From Lepidodermella squamata (lineage: Eukaryota > Animalia > Gastrotricha): a DNA stretch of 64,000 nt. Positions 58,434 to 64,000 of this stretch are shown in pieces. The number at the start of each line of letters is the position of its first letter. Positions within the stretch are counted from its first letter, which is position 1. Position numbers and translations under genes: made by a program. Under the pieces are notes generated by a model, which ran no database searches, was not told the origin of the DNA, and was given only the letters and a program-made list of their open reading frames with translations. The DNA is taken from NCBI GenBank assembly GCA_047495785.1, contig JBLDXI010000013.1, positions 2,108,001 through 2,172,000 on the forward strand, read 5' to 3'.

Positions 58434-59178
58434 AAAACCATCATGACTGATTGCTGACTACATTATATATAGTTTCATATGATAGTTTTATATGATGGTT
58501 TCAGTGAAATACAGAAGTCTCGCTCGAGGTTGAACTAATTTTAGCTCTAAGTTCGAATAAAACAGCAATAGAAATAAATTTAACATATTTAAAAAAATAA
58601 ATGAATATTCATGAGGTTTTAATTAAAATCAAGAATATAGTTAACTGCTCATTTTTCTCTGATGTTTTGGCGCTAATGTAAAATGTCCCCGTTTCAAGAC
58701 ACCTCATGAATATATTCATATTCCTCAAGCTAACTTTCATCCGAGATTTCAAGGGCCCATCAATCTGGTCAGTTTTTGAACGAAAATAAGGCATCATTTC
58801 GCACGCGAGCGTATAACTAAAGTCCAACATGCGGTTCATTTGATTTCCACTGCAACTAATTTTTTTGTAATAATAAACTCTGCCCCAATTTAATGCTTTT
58901 TTGTCCGGCCGAATTAGCTGAAAAACGTTAATTTTCTGGAAAAAACCTTGTTCATGTTTGCAGAGGCCTTTTTGTTTAGGTTGAATGAGTTTCTCACCTT
59001 TTTCAACTGGATTTCTTTGTTTGAAACGAAAAAAAGCCACGCAAAAAAGTTGAGCGTGCTTGCGTTGGCTGGTTAGGTGTCAAAGACCCAATTTACTCCC
59101 AGGGTTTACGCTAGCCTATAAAATGGGCGGTAGGGTTATTCGCCGACATCGCTCTCAGCTTTCATCTAGAACTGTAAA

Positions 59179-59799
59179 ATGTTCAAGGCAATCTTGTTTT
59201 CAGCTTTGACAGCGGCTATCTGCCTCGCTGCCGATGATGACTCGGCACAACCTCCCCGGCCTCCTATGGGCATGCCTGGCAACATGACTGTCAAGTGGAA
59301 TCTGAAGAAGGAATGCACGTGCTTCTGCCCTGACAATCCGATGATGCAGATGATGATGAACCATTCGGCTAATAACAGTGGCAATCCTCAAGGCCCTCCT
59401 CAAGGTCCTCCTCCAGAAGTCCTTGCCTTTATAAATAGTTCGGGAGGCCCTGCGGCTCTTCTTGCACGTCTCAATGCTTCGGGCCCAGGAGCAATGGATC
59501 CTGCGGCTCTTCTTGCTATTCTCAATAGAGCTGGAGGTCCGGGAGGCCCTGGAGGTCCTGGTGGTGCTGGAGGTCCTGGTGCTCGTGCAGGCCCAGCAGG
59601 GGGACCTGGTCGTGGAATGGGTCCAGGGGGCCCTCCAATGGGTTGCCCGAACGGAATGATGGCCGTTATGGATTTTCTGCGCCGTAACCACCCGCCAGTC
59701 GACGAAACCGACGACTTCCCGAAAGACAACACCAAGTATGATAGGAACGTACCCTGCGTCTGCGCTTGCCCGAAAACTGATGCTGACGCCACCAACTAA
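59179..59799 (+). CDS. Secreted cysteine-clasp protein (class II) with GPG/Ala-rich loop
   Basis: TATAAAA at 59117; signal peptide; NMTVKWNLKKECTCFCP ... DDF...VPCVCACP; AATAAA at ~59835. Confidence 0.88.
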   Translation: MFKAILFSALTAAICLAADDDSAQPPRPPMGMPGNMTVKWNLKKECTCFCPDNPMMQMMMNHSANNSGNPQGPPQGPPPEVLAFINSSGGPAALLARLNASGPGAMDPAALLAILNRAGGPGGPGGPGGAGGPGARAGPAGGPGRGMGPGGPPMGCPNGMMAVMDFLRRNHPPVDETDDFPKDNTKYDRNVPCVCACPKTDADATN

Positions 59800-60079
59800 A
59801 TACTGAACCTTCCAAAAGAGGATTTTTGGCTATCAATAAAACTCTTGATCAGTAAATTCAGGTTAATGGCGTTTTGATATAACAATAGGGTTGTCGTGCC
59901 GTGCCAATGACTTTATTGGCCCATCTTTCTAGTCGTGAGCAAAAACTACGCTTTTTTGTGTTTGCTCAAGTCATTAGCCGTGTTTACAAGGTAATCGACC
60001 CGAAATAAGCTGGTATATAAATACCGGGTTTCCCATCCAGAAATTATTCCCCTATAGCAGCGATTTCCTAATTATTATC

Positions 60080-60655
60080 ATGTCTCAGGCCGTTATGACG
60101 GTTTTTGCCGTGGTCGCGTTATTCGCGATCGCTGAAGCTCAGTGGGGCGGTAACCAGAACAGCAACCAGAACAGGCAAGGCCCGCCTCAGAATTTAAAAT
60201 GGTTGAAGTTCAAGAACACCTGCACGTGCTTCTGCACCGATCCTCCCATAACTGAACAACAAGGCGGCCCACCAAGCTTTGGCGGTAACAACCAATTCAA
60301 GCAAGCCGGAGGTCGTCAGAACCAGGGCGGCCAGGGTGGTCAAAGCGGCTTCGGCGGCCCAGGTGGCCAAGGTGGCTTCGGTGGCCAAGGTGGCCCAGGC
60401 GGCTTTGGTGGACCAGGTGGCCAAGGTGGCCAAGGTGGCTTCGGCGGCCAAGGTGGCTTCGGCGGCCAAGGTGACCAAGGTGGCCAAGGTGGCTTCGGCG
60501 GACCAGGTGGCCAAGGTGGCTTCGGCCGCGGACCACCACCCCATCCCCCACCTCTGAACCCTCCGAACCTTAGCGAGGAGTTCAGCAGCCAGAGCAACAC
60601 TGTCTACAAGCCGTGCGTCTGCGCTTGTCCAACTGGAAGTGGAGTCTCAGCCTAA
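60080..60655 (+). CDS. Secreted cysteine-clasp protein (class II) with GGQ/GGF/GGP repeat loop
   Basis: TATATAAATA at 60014; signal peptide; LKWLKFKNTCTCFC ... EEFS...KPCVCACP; AATAAA at ~60727. Confidence 0.88.
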   Translation: MSQAVMTVFAVVALFAIAEAQWGGNQNSNQNRQGPPQNLKWLKFKNTCTCFCTDPPITEQQGGPPSFGGNNQFKQAGGRQNQGGQGGQSGFGGPGGQGGFGGQGGPGGFGGPGGQGGQGGFGGQGGFGGQGDQGGQGGFGGPGGQGGFGRGPPPHPPPLNPPNLSEEFSSQSNTVYKPCVCACPTGSGVSA

Positions 60656-62047
60656 GAGAAATCGATTTAATGTCAAAACTGTCTTTATCTCCGCCCTACA
60701 ACCCATTGTCGGAAAATTGGCTTGGAAATAAATGACTAACCTTGGCATCGTGCGATTTTCGATTTCAATTTATTTCATTTACCTTTAACATTATGTACCT
60801 TTTTCATCAATTTTTTTCCGAACTCAAAAAATAGTGAAAAATCGAGCAATTATTCGAGGGAGGCAAATAGAACGTCACATCATCACTTTGGTCAAGCCCA
60901 TAATTTGATATGAGCAGCTTCCGAAAGGCTTGCCAGGTTGAACTTCCTGAACCTTTTATGCAGAAGTGATTCCGTAGTCGGAAAAGCCATACCTATTAAT
61001 TTGAGGCCATATTATTTTCCAGGCTTCAATAACCTGCTTTTCAACCGCCTGGCTATTATTCGAGACTCGAGACGGGCTATTCAAAACCTTTGGACCCAGT
61101 ATTATGGTTTTTTGGGCTATTATTCGAGGGGTATCTTCTTTGAAGTACGATACTATTCGATAATACGGTAATTTAAAGATGAGAAGAAATAAGGGGCCAC
61201 TTTGTCTAAAAAAATTTGAAAATTTATCTGAAACTATATCAGTAGCTGAGAATACGATTCAGGTTTTCAGATCACCGTCTTTTTTGCGGTAGAATTTTTC
61301 TAGTACTTTCCGGAAATTCTATGTAATTACTGTATTGCCGAAGTCTCCAGGTATCGCATTATCTTTTTTGTTATTTTCGGGTAAGATTTTTTTTAGAGAA
61401 TTTAGGTAGAATTAGACTTAGTAAAGTTAGAATTAGTAAAGGTAATTTATGCGTCTTGTCAGTTGGCACAAAGGCTACAATAGGAATGAATCAAATTCCT
61501 CGAAAGTCTCTTCCCTATTAAAACATCCAAGAGGAACCACTGAAATAAGCTGGATCTTACGCTGAAATTAAATTGTCGTTTCAGTTTAAAGGGCAGGGAG
61601 TGAATTAATCCTTTTTGAGCTTGGCGTCTCATTACAATTCTTATTATTCAATCTGAAATTTTTTAGATATATTAACAGCCATCAAAAATTTACAGAATAT
61701 AATTTTTTAGCACCAAGTTTTTTAAGTTTCGTCGAGAATCCTTCATTTCTTAATTTCAAACAACACATCGTCTTAATTGTTTTGAAATCTTCAGGCCTAC
61801 CTATGTGTTGGCTACTGCCGCAACTCCAATTTTGCTGTGGTCAGATAATGCTTTCAAGAACGAGAGAGAGAGAGAGAGCCGCAATTGTTCTCTCCACGTT
61901 GAAGCGCGAGCATGATTTTTCAAGCAAAAAAAAGATAAGCAACGGGGGCGTCGCTTGAGGGACTAAACAAGATGAAAACGGCAACTAATTAAAAGCGGCA
62001 AACAGCTACTACAACATCGCTCTTCATTCTACTTGGAGTAGTAAAAA

Positions 62048-63181
62048 ATGAAAATAATCGCATTGTTAGCCTTTCTCGGCGCCGTTGGTGCCATCCCCGA
62101 GTACCAGAAACGCATCCCTCATGGCGATCAAGTCATTCACCCTTGTGACCCAACGAAACTATGGGGCCCTGTCGGCCACTGGGGACCGAATAGTTACGGA
62201 AAAACGTCCCTGAACCCGTTTGGCAATGATTTCAAAAATGCTGGCCTTAATTGGCGAGCTGTCTGTAACCTCGACAGTGACGGCGATGGTTACACTAATG
62301 GCGAGGAGCTGGGTGACCCAGACTGCCGCTTCGATGGCACCCCAGCCTCACTTGACCTCTATTACACCGAGTACACGAACCCGGGTGTCTGCGAGCCGGT
62401 CAACTACCCTGGATGTAAGGACATCAACTCAGCCTTCCTGCTAGCTAACAACCCGGAATGTGCTGCTGCGATCAATGAAAAATGGCCTGGCCAGGGGTTC
62501 AGCTGGAAATTAGGCGCTGCGGTGTGGAAGAGTAACCGGACGGCCACGCGCCCGCCGGCTCGTGACATCGCGAAAAATCTCGCAGATGCTAACAAACCAG
62601 CCCCTGCTCCAGCGCCAGCAAACCGGAACCAACCAGCGCCCGCGCCCAACAATCGAAACCAGCCGGCTCCGGCACCTAACGGAAACCGGCCTGCCCCGGC
62701 TAGCAACAGAACGGCGCCCGCCCCTGCACCAGCAAACCGGAATCAATCAGCCCCGGCTCCTGGAAACCGTAACCAGCCAGCTCCAGCCCCAGCGCCACCG
62801 GCCGGCACAGCGCAAGGCATCCGAAATAACAACCAACCAGTCCCGGGACCAACTAATCGTAACCAGCCAGCTCCAGCTCCAGCTTCGACGAGCAACAGGA
62901 CTGGCCCTGCGCCAAGGCCTGCTACTAACCGGAACCAAACAGCTCCGGCTTCCGGCCCAGCACCCAGCGGTAGTGTTGGAACCTGGAAGCTTCGCAAAGA
63001 TTGCTCTTGCTTCTGCCCGCGTGGCCCTGTTGATCCCGTTAATAATTCTATATTGAAGCTGGCAGGCGAAGGAATTAGGATTGGAACGCCAAGCTCGGAT
63101 TTTTCTCCTCGAACCGATAGAGACTCGCCCATCTATCCTTGTGTCTGCGCCTGTACGAAGGCTGGACTATGGACCCAGTGA
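62048..63181 (+). CDS. Temptin-like domain + PAPAP-NRNQ linker + compact cysteine-clasp domain
   Basis: Signal peptide; YQKRIPHG...PC...W..VGH...NPFGNDF..AGL.W...CNLDSDGDGYTNGEELGDPDC (temptin signature); C-terminal TWKLRKDCSCFCP ... SDFS...YPCVCAC. Confidence 0.85.
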   Translation: MKIIALLAFLGAVGAIPEYQKRIPHGDQVIHPCDPTKLWGPVGHWGPNSYGKTSLNPFGNDFKNAGLNWRAVCNLDSDGDGYTNGEELGDPDCRFDGTPASLDLYYTEYTNPGVCEPVNYPGCKDINSAFLLANNPECAAAINEKWPGQGFSWKLGAAVWKSNRTATRPPARDIAKNLADANKPAPAPAPANRNQPAPAPNNRNQPAPAPNGNRPAPASNRTAPAPAPANRNQSAPAPGNRNQPAPAPAPPAGTAQGIRNNNQPVPGPTNRNQPAPAPASTSNRTGPAPRPATNRNQTAPASGPAPSGSVGTWKLRKDCSCFCPRGPVDPVNNSILKLAGEGIRIGTPSSDFSPRTDRDSPIYPCVCACTKAGLWTQ

Positions 63182-64000
63182 TGCTCTCACGAGATGGCAA
63201 CATCGACAATCTCTCTCCACAGATTGTCCTGAACCCTTGACTCTTATTACTTCAATTTTTAAGGAAACACCGTTTTTTCATGTACGAATGAATGAATAGA
63301 ATAAGATACAGCTGCATTAAGAAATAAAAGGATGAAAAGCGAACATTATTTCATTGTTTATATCGGGCGTTGTTCTCTCAATTTTAAGGTACAAGAATTT
63401 GAACTGGTTTCCTATTTCAGCCGCAAGAATAATATTATTCTGGAGAAATCACCTGAATCGTTAGGATTGATGCGGATATCAAATTACGTGACCGACACGC
63501 TAAATCGTAATTATTAGCAGCAATCAATTATTTGATTTATTTATTTCGAATTAAAGGATTAAATCAGTCGAAGTTATCAATTATTCGAAATTACTCGTCA
63601 ATTTTATTCGAGTTTTATTTGCCAACCGAGAGAGTTCTCAATTCAGGACGCCTCTTCGTGCGTTCCGGAAAATTCGTTATTTTTTTCTAATTACTTCATC
63701 ACGGCTATTTTGTTTCGAAAACAAAAAAAATCTGACGGTTTAAAAAAGTTGGGGGTGTACCAAGAGATGAAAATAGCCGAGTGCTCGTAATTAATTGCTC
63801 GGTTTTCTGGCCTGTGTAGCACAAGTATATGAATCATAATTTCTGATAAAGAAAAACCCAACATTTATTTTATAACAATTAAGCCTTCAGCGGAAATCGG
63901 TTTCCAACTTGATTTGAAGCGAAAGAGGAAAGAGGAAGTGATGACAAGATGGATAATTTCAGCAGATTTTCAGCAGAGCGAATTCGCTATAAAACACCTT

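Noticed and set aside
58103-60600. Collagen-like or Pro-rich ORFs on the minus strand (58103-58297, 59400-59795, 60340-60600)
   Set aside because: Antisense shadows of Gly-rich plus-strand genes that have signal peptides, TATA boxes and polyA signals
59179-60655. Calling these genes minicollagens, cuticle collagens or spidroins
   Set aside because: Repeats are short GGX runs and the Cys spacing (CxCxC) does not match minicollagen CRDs, cuticle-collagen Cys clusters or spidroin terminal domains

Overview
Eukaryotic (invertebrate animal) genomic DNA with two main components. (1) A cluster of 13 apparently intact, same-strand (+) genes and about 3 relics, mostly intronless, at 21-7659 and 45201-63181. 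They encode secreted proteins with one shared, unfamiliar architecture: signal peptide, a CxC or CxCxC strand, a freely interchangeable low-complexity loop, then an acidic/aromatic segment and a second CxC or CxCxC strand. I read this as a putative 'cystine-ladder clasp'. One member is fused to a temptin domain, two are spliced and were only partly caught by the ORF track, and part of the cluster was expanded by tandem duplication of a multi-gene cassette. (2) A roughly 37 kb nest of mobile elements (about 8-44.9 kb) that splits the cluster. It holds MITEs, a decayed I/Jockey-type LINE, a decayed MULE and, inside the MULE, a complete 18.4 kb Polinton/Maverick (adintovirus-like) endogenous virus at 24806-43253 (AG...CT termini, TIRs, 6-bp TSD CGAATG) whose core ORFs are uninterrupted. 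The virus carries unusual cargo: a PLA2-integrase-chromodomain fusion, a VLTF3-like factor, a fibre-like protein, a PSAP-bearing membrane protein, an intron-containing Ly6/three-finger-like GPI protein, three tandem Pol III (A/B-box) units and palindromic repeat arrays. All assignments come from reading motifs by eye; no database searches were run.
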